DNA of 57,856 bases, counting the filler, from Trypethelium eluteriae (taxonomy: Eukaryota): NCBI GenBank assembly GCA_051942245.1. It is 2 parts of 2 records of this genome, joined end to end, with 100 filler letters (N's around TTAATTAATTAA, not from the genome) between each part and the next. Parts side by side here need not be neighbours in the genome. Positions count along the whole stretch, not along the records: positions 28,994 to 57,856 come from JAVECL010000301.1; 1 more part is not named here. The stretch is one strand, 5' to 3'. The translations under genes and the position numbers were made by a program. The first letter of the stretch is position 1. Each line of letters opens with the position of its first letter. This document shows positions 35,354 through 48,624 of this stretch, piece after piece. The notes below the pieces were generated by a model. It had not been told where the DNA came from and made no database searches. It saw only the letters and a program-made list of their open reading frames with translations.

Positions 35354-35728
35354 CTATCGTCCGCTTCTATCTTCTTGGTGATAAAGGAATGGAAATGAGT
35401 TATAACCCATTGGAAGCGGAGAAGATTCAGGAATATTAATCTCTCAGAGCAGGATATGCAATAGTCTGTCGAAGAAACGAAGTATAGTTGGGACGGCCTT
35501 GTTTCCGTCCTGGTTGAGATGTTGTGGATGTTTTGGGGTTCCTTGCTTGGAAAAAGCACAATGACCGGTTCTCCATGCTGGCTACGTCATTCTATAGGGA
35601 AAGGCTCACGCACCAAAGCCACCTTGGAAACGTTCCATTTCGCTCCGCCGTTTGGAATGGTCAATTGAGGTACAATGCTGGTTTTGATTATTCTACTTTA
35701 TGAGCGATTACTTCAGACAAAACATTAG

Positions 35729-37780
35729 CTACCTATGTTCCTGCATTGCCTCGTTCGAAGATGCTACATTCAGCACTCTAACCGCAGGCATATGAACTCC
35801 TTCATTCTTCGACCTCAGCGTTCTTCGCTTAATCGGGTCCTCCCAACTCGGTGGCCTTGACTGCCGAACGCTCCGATCCGATATCTCAGGAAGATCCTCA
35901 ATTGGTGGACCAGCCCAATTATTTTCAAACCACCTCCTGCTCGAAATGTAAGTGTTGTCGGGGAGGAGCGCCATGTCTTTTAATATTTCTGGTGCCCGCA
36001 TATCTACGGCTTCCACACAGCGCTTTAGCAACATAAACTGAGTGCCTCTCCTCAGCTTCCATCCTCGAGTCTTCATCTCAACGTAGTATAGCATGGCATC
36101 TTCGTAGTCATCACTGTTAGATAGCATGCATGCGAGGATAAGGCGGTCATAGGTCAGTTCGTTGGTAGGCACATTCAAGGCGCGCATCTCTGAAGCCACA
36201 AACATGGCTTTGATCTTGTCCTGTCTGCAACCACGCAATAGAACATTGAAGGTTTCGGTGTTTGGACCTTGGTCACAGATTTCGTGAAGAGCCTTGTATT
36301 GCTCGAGTGCATCTGAGGTCCGATTTTGATGCACCGTAGCCTCAATAACGACGTTCATTGCAGCAGCAGGAACTTTTTGGCCGCTTGATTTGAGCTCTTT
36401 CAGAGACTCAAGAGCCTTGTCCGTCTGTTTTGATCTGTCCTTCAGTGCATGGAAGATTGCCCTCGTGGATGCGAGCTCAGGGCGTATATTTTCGTTGTCC
36501 ATGAGAGAGAGAACCTTGAATGCAGTGTCGATGTCACCGTATGTTGCGTAGGCGTCAATCAGGGCTTCGTAGTGTTCATGGCTAAAAACCGTGCCTCGAT
36601 CGCCTAATATACGTAGGACGTCCGTAGCCAGTTGCGTATCTCCGTGTCGAGCAGCAGTGTTCAGAACATTGAGGCATATGCCGCTGGGTGGATTGAGGTA
36701 GCCAGACTCAACTCTCAACCTCCACGTATGTACGGTCGCATCATAATGGTAATTGCTACTTGCAACACCCAGCAATTGGTACCAAGCTGTGGGAGAAATA
36801 GAGTTCTCGTTTCGGTTCACGCTTGCTTTCATGAAACGGAAAGCGGTTTCGACCTCTTCGTTTTCCAGAAGAACGTAGACAGTCAAATCGAGGAGCCAGC
36901 TCCGGATGACAATGTCCTCATTCCACATGCGCTCTATCCTATCAAGGGCCATTTCATATTGATGATCCGCAAGTAAACCAACAACGACGTCATGTTCCCC
37001 AATAGGAGAGAGCGTAAACCATTTCTGCCGCATGTACTCGAGAATCTCGCTTTGGAGCAGGTGATCAGGATGAATCGCGAGTACCCTCAAGATATCATGA
37101 CAGAGTCCGGCATCCGGTTGCAAATTCTCGCTCCTGAGTTCTTTCAGCGTCTCTGCTACCGCAAGGGCGGAGCCTAGTTCGCTATGAATATTGACCAAAA
37201 TCTTTGCAGCGAAGATCCTCAAGTTCGGTTGCTCATGGTGGACCCTTACAAGAAGATCTATAGACCTGTGAGTTTTGCCATACTCGCCTTTAGCTGCTTC
37301 CACTCGCAGTTGGTCATAGAGCTCTGGTATAGATATTCGTGGCGTTTCCTTTTTTCCCGCCTTTTGCGAAGGTACATTTTGCAATCGTGGATCTGAGATC
37401 TCTGTCTTCTGCGCTCTGTAGTTCCAAGTTCTCACCGATTCGCTATGAAGATGCGCTGGGCTCACAATCCTTCCCGTTATGATAGGTTTGTCATCCGCTT
37501 GCGAATCGGAAAGTGGACTGATTTTGAATCGTGAATCTGAGATCTCTTTCGTCTGCGGTCTGTAGTTCCAAGTTGTCGCCGATTTGCTATGAGGAGGCGC
37601 TGAGCTCACATTGCTTGGCGTTGTGACAGGTTTGTAGTCCGCTTGCAAATCGGAAAGGAGACGTTTTTGCTTCGTGTGATGTTGTATTCTTGGAACCCGG
37701 CGAATTGACAGCGTTCGCTGTGAAGATTGAGGACAAAGGCATTGCCATAGACCGTCCGCAATGAAGATTGTCTTGCGCAT
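35729..37780 (-). CDS. Pentatricopeptide repeat protein, probably mitochondrial
   Basis: 683-aa ORF with ~35-aa helical repeats (HYEALIDAYATYGDIDTAFKVL, AMNVVIEATV, TFNVLLRGC, TYDRLILAC) and an Arg-rich presequence-like N-terminus. Confidence 0.85.
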   Translation of the reverse strand: MRKTIFIADGLWQCLCPQSSQRTLSIRRVPRIQHHTKQKRLLSDLQADYKPVTTPSNVSSAPPHSKSATTWNYRPQTKEISDSRFKISPLSDSQADDKPIITGRIVSPAHLHSESVRTWNYRAQKTEISDPRLQNVPSQKAGKKETPRISIPELYDQLRVEAAKGEYGKTHRSIDLLVRVHHEQPNLRIFAAKILVNIHSELGSALAVAETLKELRSENLQPDAGLCHDILRVLAIHPDHLLQSEILEYMRQKWFTLSPIGEHDVVVGLLADHQYEMALDRIERMWNEDIVIRSWLLDLTVYVLLENEEVETAFRFMKASVNRNENSISPTAWYQLLGVASSNYHYDATVHTWRLRVESGYLNPPSGICLNVLNTAARHGDTQLATDVLRILGDRGTVFSHEHYEALIDAYATYGDIDTAFKVLSLMDNENIRPELASTRAIFHALKDRSKQTDKALESLKELKSSGQKVPAAAMNVVIEATVHQNRTSDALEQYKALHEICDQGPNTETFNVLLRGCRQDKIKAMFVASEMRALNVPTNELTYDRLILACMLSNSDDYEDAMLYYVEMKTRGWKLRRGTQFMLLKRCVEAVDMRAPEILKDMALLPDNTYISSRRWFENNWAGPPIEDLPEISDRSVRQSRPPSWEDPIKRRTLRSKNEGVHMPAVRVLNVASSNEAMQEHR

Positions 37781-38356
37781 AACAACGTGGATGGCAGTTG
37801 GACTGCATCTGGTCCTTTAAGCCGCTAAGAAAACCGTCACCCGCTGCAAGCCGTACCTAGTACGCCGTCACATAGCCGCAGCCACCGCACAGCACTTCGG
37901 TCAGACTTTGCACATGGAATTGAGGGAATCCCATTTTGATCAGATTGGGTCGGCCTAGTGCATAATCCTCCTACCTGTTCTAATATATGAACAAGCTTTA
38001 AAGCATACAAAACGGTCTGTCTGCACTACTATCGTCTTATCAATTTATGCCGTTCGCTCAGAGCCTAAAAATTTGAGCACAAGCGTTGAAACTGGCATGC
38101 TTGATATCTATCTACAGCTCTGAACTCTAGTGAGTTTAAACTTGTTGGCAAAGCATCCTGACTGAGACTTCGGCAACCATGTTTTTTTTGAGAGTCGACA
38201 TCGCGTTGCGATGAGAGACCTTCCAGACGAGTAGAACATGTAGTAAGATCCATCCGACTCGTTTGATCCCTAGTGTTTCGTAGGGCAAGCGCATTCTCCG
38301 ATGGCGTCTGTTTTGTAGAAGCGCGCTCATTGTACCATTCCTTCTGACTGCAGCGT

Positions 38357-38876
38357 TCACTGTCCTCGCCCACGCCCTCGTGCTCTTCCTCCACGACCAG
38401 CACCTCTGCCTCTGTCTCCTCTGCCACCCGGTCCGCCACGCTGTTGTTGTTGACCACCACGTCCTCCGCGAGCCGACTGCTGATTTTGTTGCTGCTCTTT
38501 GACCAAATCGATGATTTCATCAGGGACGCGGAGATACTTGATCTGAGATGCTTTTAGCGGCGGTTGAACACCATGGTCCTCGAGTTAGAACTTGACATAC
38601 ATTACTGCCTCTTACATATGCTTCGCGTAGTTTAAAGAACTTGTCTCCCTCTGGACTTGTCTGAACTACCTCTTTCAAGGTTAGATTCATCCAGGTGTCG
38701 CAATTAACCAAATGTCCATTAAGCGTCTCGCCATTCTTGAGTTCGACTAGCATAGGATGGCCCTGGGCGGCGGTCAAGAGTCCTAACGGAAGCTTGTGGA
38801 CGAGGCGTCAGCGCCTGCACATCCATTGTCATTCAATACGTGCGCATAAAACCCATGGGATGTGCTAGCTTACCAT
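38357..38876 (-). CDS. LSM4: U6 snRNA-associated Sm-like protein Lsm4
   Basis: [29 protein letters not shown]...[18 protein letters not shown] with an RGG-rich tail; two introns. Confidence 0.95.
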
Positions 38877-39298
38877 GGCCTATCAGCTGTCGACCTATCA
38901 AAAAAGCAAGTCGCGGGGTATTCGGATGCCTCGTTAGCAAGGGCCTGGCAGCGAGTCAAAAGTTGTTATGGTGTGACATCAAAGCGGACGCGGAGCTCTC
39001 GCTCAGAAATCCGTACGGTGGCGTACGTGCTCGGGCGTTGGAAGCTTGGCCGAAGCGGTCCCGCGGCGCCAAGGAAGGACTCAGCCCACCAGCTTACGAG
39101 TCGACGGCTCGGTCTTAAACAATGTTGTTGCCTAAAGCCCCTCGATTCGATGGACCTTCTGTTGAGTCAAGTCTTCTCACGAGCTTGGCTCAGCAGTGTG
39201 GTGCTCGATTACACCTCTTTGCTAAAACAGATGTCCCTGTAATCTTCACCCAGAGCAGGTGACTCTTCACCTCCAGGTGGAGGTACTAAATCAACATC

Positions 39299-41175
39299 AT
39301 GCACGGCTTTCTGAAGGCGTTGGCCTTGCTTCCAGCAATTGGACGGACACTGGCAGCTCCCCGAGCAATCAATGAAGATATATCTTCACTTACGCCCAGG
39401 GTTCTAGAGCTTGGTAGCACATACCCACAACAGCAGCTGCTCCATTAGCCCATCAAACTGATCTTGCTGTTAGATCCACATAATGCTCAGGCACTCCTAT
39501 CTGTGCCTTGTCCAAGCTGCAGCCGCCAAGATGGAGGCCAAAGTGATGACGACGCTCTTGTACGTGTCGCTCATCCTCAGGCACGAGTTGATCTATTAAT
39601 TCGCCGCAGGAATTCGAAATAGAAGCACTTCCTTCAGAAGATCCTTGCGATACTTCGAACCTCACCCTGAATGGCGAGCTACTTCCCTTCAAACTACGCA
39701 CTGAGACGTACAGTGATGATTTTACTACTGGACGTGGCAATGTGAATGTTCAATCTGGATCCTCCTTTCATTCAGTGTACTTTTCATGGAACTCATCATG
39801 CCTCTTGGGCGGCCTACCGGCTACAGATAGGACCGGTAGCGTAGCTCTGCTACTGGAATTTCAGGTCGAGGGTGTTGACGGCCAGGATCTAAAACAACCC
39901 GTTGGCTTCCGGCTATCATATAGACATCTTCCTATCCCACAGCTTCTCCGCCTTGGCACTCTCGTGAACGCCCCGAAAGACGGTACAGACAATTTGGAAC
40001 CGTCTGACGATTGGCGGGATCCTCCGGCTCATCTTCGTATTGACGTAGCAGCGCTGAAGGATAATCTACAAGTCCAAGCAGCACTGTCTAAGGACCAGGA
40101 ATTCATCGAGCATGAAATCGAGGAGCTCAGGGAACTCCAGTCTCATGTAAGGGAGCTCCGCGACATCATCCGCACTAAAGAGAAAGTTATCAGCACCCAC
40201 TTGGGAAAAGACGTTTTCACGCTGACAGAATATATCGACCAGTGCGACAACTTCGGCTGCGTTCTGAAAGCTATCTTACACAAGGCCCATGGCGCTATCA
40301 AGGGCATGTATGCTCGACTCCGTGATCATAGCCATGATCAGAAGCAAAAGGTCATTATGGCTTCCAATACACAAGGGCACTGGAACGAGACCAGAACCGC
40401 TGAGGATTCCCCAAATGACTCTAATGACCAAGATTCCAAGCCCAAGCTCTCCAAAGGTCTCGTTGTTGCTCTTGGTGCTGTTGCGGCTGCTCTTGGATGT
40501 AGTTGCATCTTTATTGCTATCCGTTGCTGCTGTTGTTCCTCTCGCCAAAAAGTCGAAAGACTCGCAGATCGTCAAGAACGTCGTAATCTGCGCTCCTACA
40601 AGAGGGCTTATCGACGTCGACGATGGCGTGACTGGTGGCACAAACGCGATCGGCGAATTAGTGACTACGAAGAGAAGCGTTCTCTAATACGCGACCAAGA
40701 GGGACTCCTCGAGGAAGCCATGCAAGAAGAGATCAGGCAGCTACATAATGCCCATGAAGTCGTTAGTGATATCGTCAGAGCGGAAGAAGGCCGTTATGGG
40801 CAGCCTCAAACAGAGCCAGCCAACCAACACAGCGGACAGTATACATCTCGAAGGAGCTCCAATGCCTCGGACAGATATTCGCTGCCTCTCAGCCGAACGA
40901 GCAGTCTTCCAAGTTACACGACGGAGCCAGGAAGCGCAGGCTTGCCTGGATACGAGGAGCACGATGATGAGATTACTACCGTCGCCGATGGATTTGCACA
41001 ATATGCACCAAGCTCGTCCTCCGACCATCATTGGTCGCCAGAGAGCAGCATCATTGAAATAAGCCCAAGGCAGAGCACGGAGACGATGAGGACAAAGTAT
41101 GAGGACTATGAAAATCAAGATGAGCATCGCGATAAACCCTACGATGATGAACAGCAGAACCAATATGGCGACTAG
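39299..41175 (+). CDS. Uncharacterised type I membrane protein with coiled coil
   Basis: Signal peptide MHGFLKALALLPAIG; two 5' introns (~39413-39473, ~39560-39609); coiled coil; TM segment LVVALGAVAAALGCSCIFIAI followed by a CCCC and basic stretch. Confidence 0.7.
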
Positions 41176-41624
41176 ACTCGTTCGTGGCCTTCTTTTACTC
41201 TTTGGCCTTCTATGTCATTGTTGCGCTTCCTTAGAGTCTTTCGAGTTTCACCTCATTCCAAGCATGCTTGTCGCTGGCTTCCGAGTTCTAGCTCAGCAAG
41301 GACTTAATCCGCGATTTTTGACGCATTGCTCTGGTTTCTTTGACCTTTCATTGTAAAGATATTGGCGTTGGACACTGGCGCGATGAGCTTCCAAAAGGCG
41401 TAGGAAAAGGCAAGGTTCCTTAGGTGCGGAACGGTATCGCTATGGCGTAATGAGGATGGGGTCATAGCTTAACAGAATAGCAGCTCCCTTCGGGTCGAGC
41501 AGCTTATCAGAGCGGTTGTATTGTCAGTGTATCTACATAGATCTACATAGCGCAACCAGCATACAAGCAAACCGTTTATAGTACACTAGAAATCTACGCT
41601 CAGGTCATGCATGAAGTTGCTTAT

Positions 41625-43042
41625 CTACCTCCGTCTCAAATACCAGTTGAACGCCAACTGACTCGTCTCCAAATGAAACGGCGTAGGCACCTCCGCCAAC
41701 CCCGGCCTCGCCACCGGATGCCTCAAATACACCGCCGAACACACATTCTGATTCACCTCCAGGTACCTCGGGATGAACGCAAACGGACTCATATACGGTC
41801 TCGGCCTCCAAGGGGTTGCATACGGCTTCGCATCATCGACCGGATTCTCGTACGCTCGCTCCAGCGCTTCCCGCAGCATCCTCTCGTCCTCGGCTGATAT
41901 CCGCGCCTCTGCTTCGCGCTGGTGCGCCTCGGCGGCGGCTTTGCTGGATGCGGAGCTCGAGGTGGGCGCGAGCTTGGATTTCAGCAGCTGGAATTGTGAT
42001 TCCAGGTCGGAGGTGGTGGCGTCGGAGGTGGTGCGAGCGCGGGAGAGTGTGCTGCGCACGAGCTTGGAGAAGGCGCGCCATTCTTGTTTGCGGGGGGCGG
42101 AAAGGCGGTCGTGTGGGTCGGAGAGGATGAGCTTGGCGTTTTCGAGGAGGGATTTGATGGTTTTCTGGCGGTCTTTGAGGGAGAGCTCGGGGTCTTCGGG
42201 AGGAGTGTCTGATTTTGCGTTGATAGCTTCATCTTCCTGTTCTGACGTGTTGTCAGTTTCGGTAGATACTTCTTTGCCTTCGTCCGCCGTGGCCTCTTCT
42301 GTAGCTCCTTCTTCTGCTGCTTGGGCTTCGCGTGACTTCGCTTTCTTGTAGGCTTTGTCTTGGTTCTTCATTGCTCCTGTCGCGAACATGACTCGATCGG
42401 GATCGACTTGAAACATATCTCCTGGATTGAGCTGGTATCCCGGGTATATCATCTGTAGGAACATAAAATAAGATAAAGATGCCCTTCATCAAGATTTATC
42501 AGTCTAACCTTCTTGCCATTGACTTTAACGCCTCCGTGCGTTACGAATTGTCGTGCTTGTCGTACGCTACTTGCAAAGAGGGCCCTCCATATGGCAGTAT
42601 CTAATCTCCTTTCTGTTGGGCCATACACCATATGCATATAGGGCGTCCTCGGCTGGCTCTTCTTGGCCAGCCCATTGGACAGCTCAATTCCCGAGCCCCG
42701 TCCAGCAGCTTGCTCAGATCCATCATGCTGTGCTAGATACCGATGATCCATTGATTGAACTGAGGGTATTCTTGTATCAAACATCCTCTGCCATTGCTTC
42801 TCTTTTATCTGTTCTCCGTGGTAGGCGCGTGTCACCGCCTTAGCTGCCCATTTCTGCTGGAAGAACGTCTTGTCCTCGACGGTGAGCTTTTGCATGCGAG
42901 AGAGGTTGTAGAGATTGAATTTGTTCCATGATTGGCGGACTTTCTATGAGTAAACCGGTTAGCGACATCTCTTCGAATGGAAACAAAGATGAATAGACAA
43001 TACAATTTTCTTGAGGCCATGAAATTTGGGCTTCTTCCTCAT
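41625..43042 (-). CDS. NAM9: Mitochondrial ribosomal small-subunit protein uS4m
   Basis: [24 protein letters not shown]4 motif [53 protein letters not shown]; two introns. Confidence 0.95.
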
Positions 43043-43604
43043 GACTGGTTAATATCGAGTGGCTAAACGTTCGTGCGAGCTGGACGGGGAATCATCACTT
43101 CATGGGACTTTTTCGAGGTACAGTCGACCCCCTGCACATCGGGGATCGGGATGTCGGCGGAGCTCGAAACGATTGGCCAGCGCGAGCCCCTCCACAAATG
43201 CAGCTCGACGAAAATTCAAAGCTTCACACTTGGATGCTCCGTGAAGTGACTACAATACCACTCCGTTCTCACCACGAATATTGCTCTTGCGTCGGCTCTC
43301 TCACAAATTGAATTCCTTCTCACTTCTCTGATCCGAGCGCTAGCCGCGAATCCTAATTTGCCCCACTTCTTCGAGCCATTTCTTGAGTCACCTGCCCACG
43401 CACCTACTAAACTTCTACCCACCATCCACTTTCTCAGTCCCGATTTCCTCACTCAAATACCACTGCTACTAGCTTTCGAAGCCCTATCTTACCCTCAGAG
43501 CTGTTAGCACTGCTTCCTAATCCGCTTCCCTTCCTCTTTGATCTACCGATCTTAGGTTTACCGCAAGTCTAAACTCTCCTCAACATCTACTGAACCTGCC
43601 TGTA

Positions 43605-45532
43605 ATGGCCGATCTCAAGGTCCAGGCTACTGAGCCTGATCCTTCAGCGACTTCCATTCCCAATGACCAATCTGCAACTGAGAAGCTTACCGGCAAGGCT
43701 GTTGAAGCTGCCAAAGAACCCACCAGCACCCCTGCCGAAGAAGTCGCTGATGCTCAAGAAGCTGCCAAACAGAAAGAAGAGGCTGTCAAAGGTAGGCTAC
43801 TCGCTCACATTGTAAGCATCTTCACTGACTTCTGACAGGTGGAGACAATGACATGAAGATCAAATCTAACGAAAACGATACCCAAGCGGGGAAAGCTACG
43901 GCTTCAGAGCGCAACTCAGGCGCCAACAACGACAATACCAATCGACGTCGATCCAATGACGGAAAAACTAATGGTCATGGAAGGCCCAATAACGGACGAT
44001 ACACACGCCGTAATAACCAAAGCAAATTTGACCCATCGTCTCTACCCGAGACAGATGATCCAGATGAAATTCGCAAACAGGTTGGTCCTACAAATACTTC
44101 GCATGCGTGATTCGACTAAACAATGTATAAGGTTGAGTTCTACTTCTCGGACTCAAACCTTCCTCTCGACAAATTCTTGTTCAGCCAGGTCGGAGGCCCC
44201 GAAAACAAGCCATTCTCCATCAAGCAGCTGCACACTTTCAAGCGTATGAAGCGCTTTCAACCATACTCTGCCGTCGTCAAGGCTCTCAAGGAGAGCGACT
44301 CCTTGGATGTCACCGAAAATGATGAAGTCAAGCGCAAGACTCCCCTTGATGCAAGCTTGTGCGATCCGGATGACAATGTCAAAATCATCGCAGATGCGGC
44401 CATGCCAAGGACTATCTATGTCAAAGGTTTTGGTGAAGAGTCCAACGACACTCAACTTGCTATTGAGGCATTTTTTGCTCCTTATGGGCCAATCGGAGCT
44501 ATCCGTCTCCGCCGCACGCCAGATCGGTTATTCAAGGGCAGTATCTTCGTTGAGTTCGAGACTGAGGAAGCTGCCAAACAGTTTCTTCAGCTAGATCCGC
44601 CACCCAAGTTTCATGAAATGCCTCTTGTCATCAAGAGCAAGAAGGACTATTGTGAGCAGAAGGTGGAAGACATCAAGTCAGGCAAGATTCAGCCGAGCAA
44701 CAACAACCGTGGTCGTGGTCAACGCAACGGCAGGTTCCAGAATCGCAACGGTCGGGACAATCGACGTCAAGATAATCGCCGTGATAATCGCCGCTCAGAT
44801 AAAAATGATTCGCGTGGTCATAGTTACCGTGATGGCGAAGACGATCGCGACTGGCGTACTCGCCGTGACGAAGATAGCAAGAAGAAGCAGGACGATACTG
44901 CAAAGAATACTAGATCGAAGCGTGAGCGTGATGAGGACGAGGAAGAAGTTGATTCTACTCCTGTCAAGAAGACTAAGACTGGGGAGGGTGAGACTGAGAA
45001 GAACCATGTATCGACTGCTGAGGGTGCCGTCGACACTGACGTGCCAGCGACCAAACTTCAGACCAAAGCCGAGGCTTTTCTAACAAAAAAGCGCAGCCGC
45101 GATGAAGATGAAGAAGACGCTGAAGCCGCTCCCGTCAAGAAGACTAAGACAGATGAGGCGAAGACGGGGAAGAACATTGATTCAAATGGCGATGACGCTG
45201 CTGAGACTGCTAATTCAGAGCCCAAATCCACAGCCAAGGCTGAACCTGCCATCAGCAAGAAGCGCTCACGTGATGATGATGATGACGATGACGATGATGC
45301 GGAGAAGGCCTCAAACAAGAAGGCAAAGGCAGAGAAGGTTATTGAGAAGACGAAGATCACCACAGCAGTCGGGTCTGCTGCCACTCAAGAAGCAGCTGAA
45401 GCTACTACCACCAAAGAAGCAGTCAAGGCTGCTCCCACAAAGAAGCGCGCGCGCCAAGACGATGACGAGGTAGATGGAGAAACTGCGAAGAAGCTGAAAG
45501 AAGATGGAGTTGCTGCTGGAGGCTCTGCTTAA
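43605..45532 (+). CDS. LHP1: La RNA-binding protein (La motif + RRM)
   Basis: IRKQ|VEFYFSDSNLPLDKFL La motif; RRM IYVKGF and FKGSIFVEF; introns ~43792-43838 and 44081-44151. Confidence 0.92.
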
Positions 45533-46067
45533 GAGCATCTACCCAGGATTTCTGCTGGGTTGATAACCATATTGCACTTCTGTCTTTCATCACAATATCC
45601 TTTTTCTTTTGATTTGACAGTGGATATTGCCTCCTGCGCCAGCACAACATGTGTGAGTTTGCAATGGCGTGACTTTGACATGTTGTTGGTCCTTTTGGCA
45701 CTGTTGCATTGAACATCTATTATTTAAAGTTGGCTTGCTCCTCTGGCTTTTGAGCATCATGCTCGAGCCTGCAGTTGAGCAGCCAGGGAATGAAAGTATC
45801 TAGGTAACCGTGCAATAAACCATGAAAACTCACCACCGAATCACACGTTGCTTAAAATCAATGTGGACGTCGTTCCAGCCCTCTGTAGCAGTAACATGGC
45901 TCAGTGGCTTTGAATGTAGTGTCGCTCTCCTTGATACTCCGAAAACCTATGAACCTAAATTCTCTGTTCTGTACCCGCAATCGCTGTAGAGAGCAGTAGT
46001 CACACATCCATGGTTATAACAATCAGAACGAGATTCATTATTCATTATTCATTAATCTTTTACCGTT

Positions 46068-48329
46068 TCACGGGATTGCCCACCCCGAAGCCGTGCTTGT
46101 ATCTGATTTGTGACGAAGCTGCTTCATCGATTGCTCGAAGCCTCTATCTCGAGCTAAGAACCCATCCCCATGCGACTGGGGGTTAGTATTTACTGCCGCA
46201 GATACAGTTTCTGGCGTCCCTACTACAGATCGATCATTCCGCCGCAGCGGTCCTACGCGGACAGCTTCCCTGTCTCGCAATCTCCGCCGTTTTTCTTCGG
46301 TCTTCCTTGTCTTTTGTAAGCCAGCTTGGGACTTTCTGAAACGGCCTCGAACTCCGTGTTTGATCTTTGTGATCATGTCGCTCGCCTTGCCCATCGTGAG
46401 CGTATCGGACCCCAATTTCTTATCATTGTCCCTCGATGTATTCAAAAACTCGACTTGAGACTCGGAGGCAGGTTTCTTGCGCCACGGCGCAGACTGGAGT
46501 ATGTAGATCGCTGGGAAGGTATCCTTGGCAAAGGTATCAGCAGCATTGACGGCGTGGTCGAAAGTGACGGATCTTGAGAGCTCTCGAGGCCGCGCCATTG
46601 GCCCACCAATTTTTCCTGGGATTTGCTGAGTGTATTTGACAACGAAGTCGTCGTTGGCTTTCTCAATCGTAAGATGGCCCTGGTTTCGACAGGAAAGAAT
46701 GTGCTTGTTCTCGCCCACGCGGACCCACGTGTATGAGCTAATGGCTCGTATGTAGCGGTCCAGAGAAGTATCGTCGATTAAGTCCGTGATCGACTTGTAG
46801 TCGGTAAAAGTGACACTGCCCTTCAACTTTGTACCAGCTGCCACTGACATAGCTGAGGCTTGTTCTTTCAGCTCCTGTTCGCGATCCCTACCATCGCGGA
46901 GCTGCTCGAGCTTCTTTACATCGGCCTTCTCCACGATCAACGTGGGATCCAGTCCGAATAGAGTAGGAGTTGTGACAACACCTGTTTCTAGCGAAGAAAC
47001 AAAGTCAACGATGTGGCAGTTTTCCTTCCCAGGATATTTCCTCGTGCCACGTCCGATCATCTGGACGAGGAGGTTTCGAGATTTCGTCGGTCTGGCCAAG
47101 ATGATGCAATCTATATTCGGGATGTCTGTACCCTCTGTGAAGATGCCGCAATTGAGAAGAACGGGGAAGTCGCCGCGTCTAAAAGCATCTAAGGTTTCAC
47201 TGCGAGCGCGGGGATGGGTATTGCTCGTAATGTACTTGGCTTTGATCCCGTGTTGGATAAAAGTACTGGCCAAGGCAATAACGTGCGCAACATCGACGCA
47301 AAAAACTAATGTCGACTTTCTTCCCTCCGCCTTTTTCAACCACGAGCGCACTGTGATCGCATTTGTCTCAGGGGTGTTGACGGCTTTTGATAGAGAGGGG
47401 GTCTGGAAGTCACCCGCGCTGCTGGTCTTCACTGTGGAGAGATCCGTTTTCGTCTGTACGGTAGTAAAGACTGCATCAGCGAGCCAATCCTCGTTCATCA
47501 AATCCACATAGTCCCTGTGTGATTGCGTCAGCTTCTTGTTGTTGAAGAGTTTTCCAGAGGTAGCGTACTTATGATAAACAATATGGTCAATAACGGAACC
47601 TAAGCTGAGCCCATCGAGCCTGGAGAAAGTGGCCGAGACACCAATCAGAGCCATCTTGGCTTGTTGGTGGCCATAACTCAGCCCAAAATGCTCCAGAATG
47701 CTCAAATACTGCGGCGCAACTATATGATGTGCTTCATCTACCATCACGAGCTTAAATCTCCGAGGGTCATATTTGCATATTCTCTCGCCAGATGTTATGC
47801 TTTGCACCGATGCTACCGTAATATCTGCCGAGCCGCTTGCATGGTTGTTCCCCATCTCCACCTCGACTGTCTTTGTAGGATTGGCGGCTGAGCAATGCCT
47901 CGCGGCCTGCTCTACGAGCTCCCGGCGATGCGCCAGAATGAGCGTTTGAGTAGCATCCTCTTCAATAGAAGGGACACGATCTATCAGATGTGTGAAGATT
48001 ACCTTTATCCCCCAAATTAGCATATGAAGCATATCTCATGGTTTCCAGTATCTTACAGTCTTACCGCTTCCTGTAGCCAAAGATATGCCCAGCCGACGGT
48101 GGCCATTTGCTAGATGAGACAGAACTGCTTGTATGCATTCTTCCTGGTATTTCCGTAGATTGATATGAGGTATACCTATTTGGCTGGTGGGTGGCACGTT
48201 GAGAACGGAGCTCCGACGTGTTCGCGCGTGAATGACGGGCGTGCTATGGAGCCTCGAGCTTAGTGAGCGAGGTCGAAAGTATATCAGTGGTCTCCATAGC
48301 TTTTTTAGAGGTGCTGAGATCACAAGCAT
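46068..48329 (-). CDS. IRC3: Mitochondrial superfamily-2 helicase Irc3-like
   Basis: [41 protein letters not shown] motifs; introns 48003-48056 and 47515-47568. Confidence 0.88.
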
Positions 48330-48624
48330 CAATCGTTGAGGGAGCGTCGTATTTGGGACTTTGGCTGGGTCGATTATGATGCGACGCGAGCGTGGCGAGC
48401 TATCCTATCGTACCTCTAACAGGCGCGGAGAAAAGTCCGAGGTGAAGCCTTCGTCACACCACCCAAATCACAACCTCCATAACCAGAATCGAGATCGGCA
48501 CTCCTCGAATTTCAGTACCGAAGCGACCTAGCCAAGCATACTTTGCGTTGAGCACTAACTATTGAGAGTGGTTGCCACATAATGTATCTCGTGAAACAGC
48601 GTTGGGAAGCTACCATATACGAAT

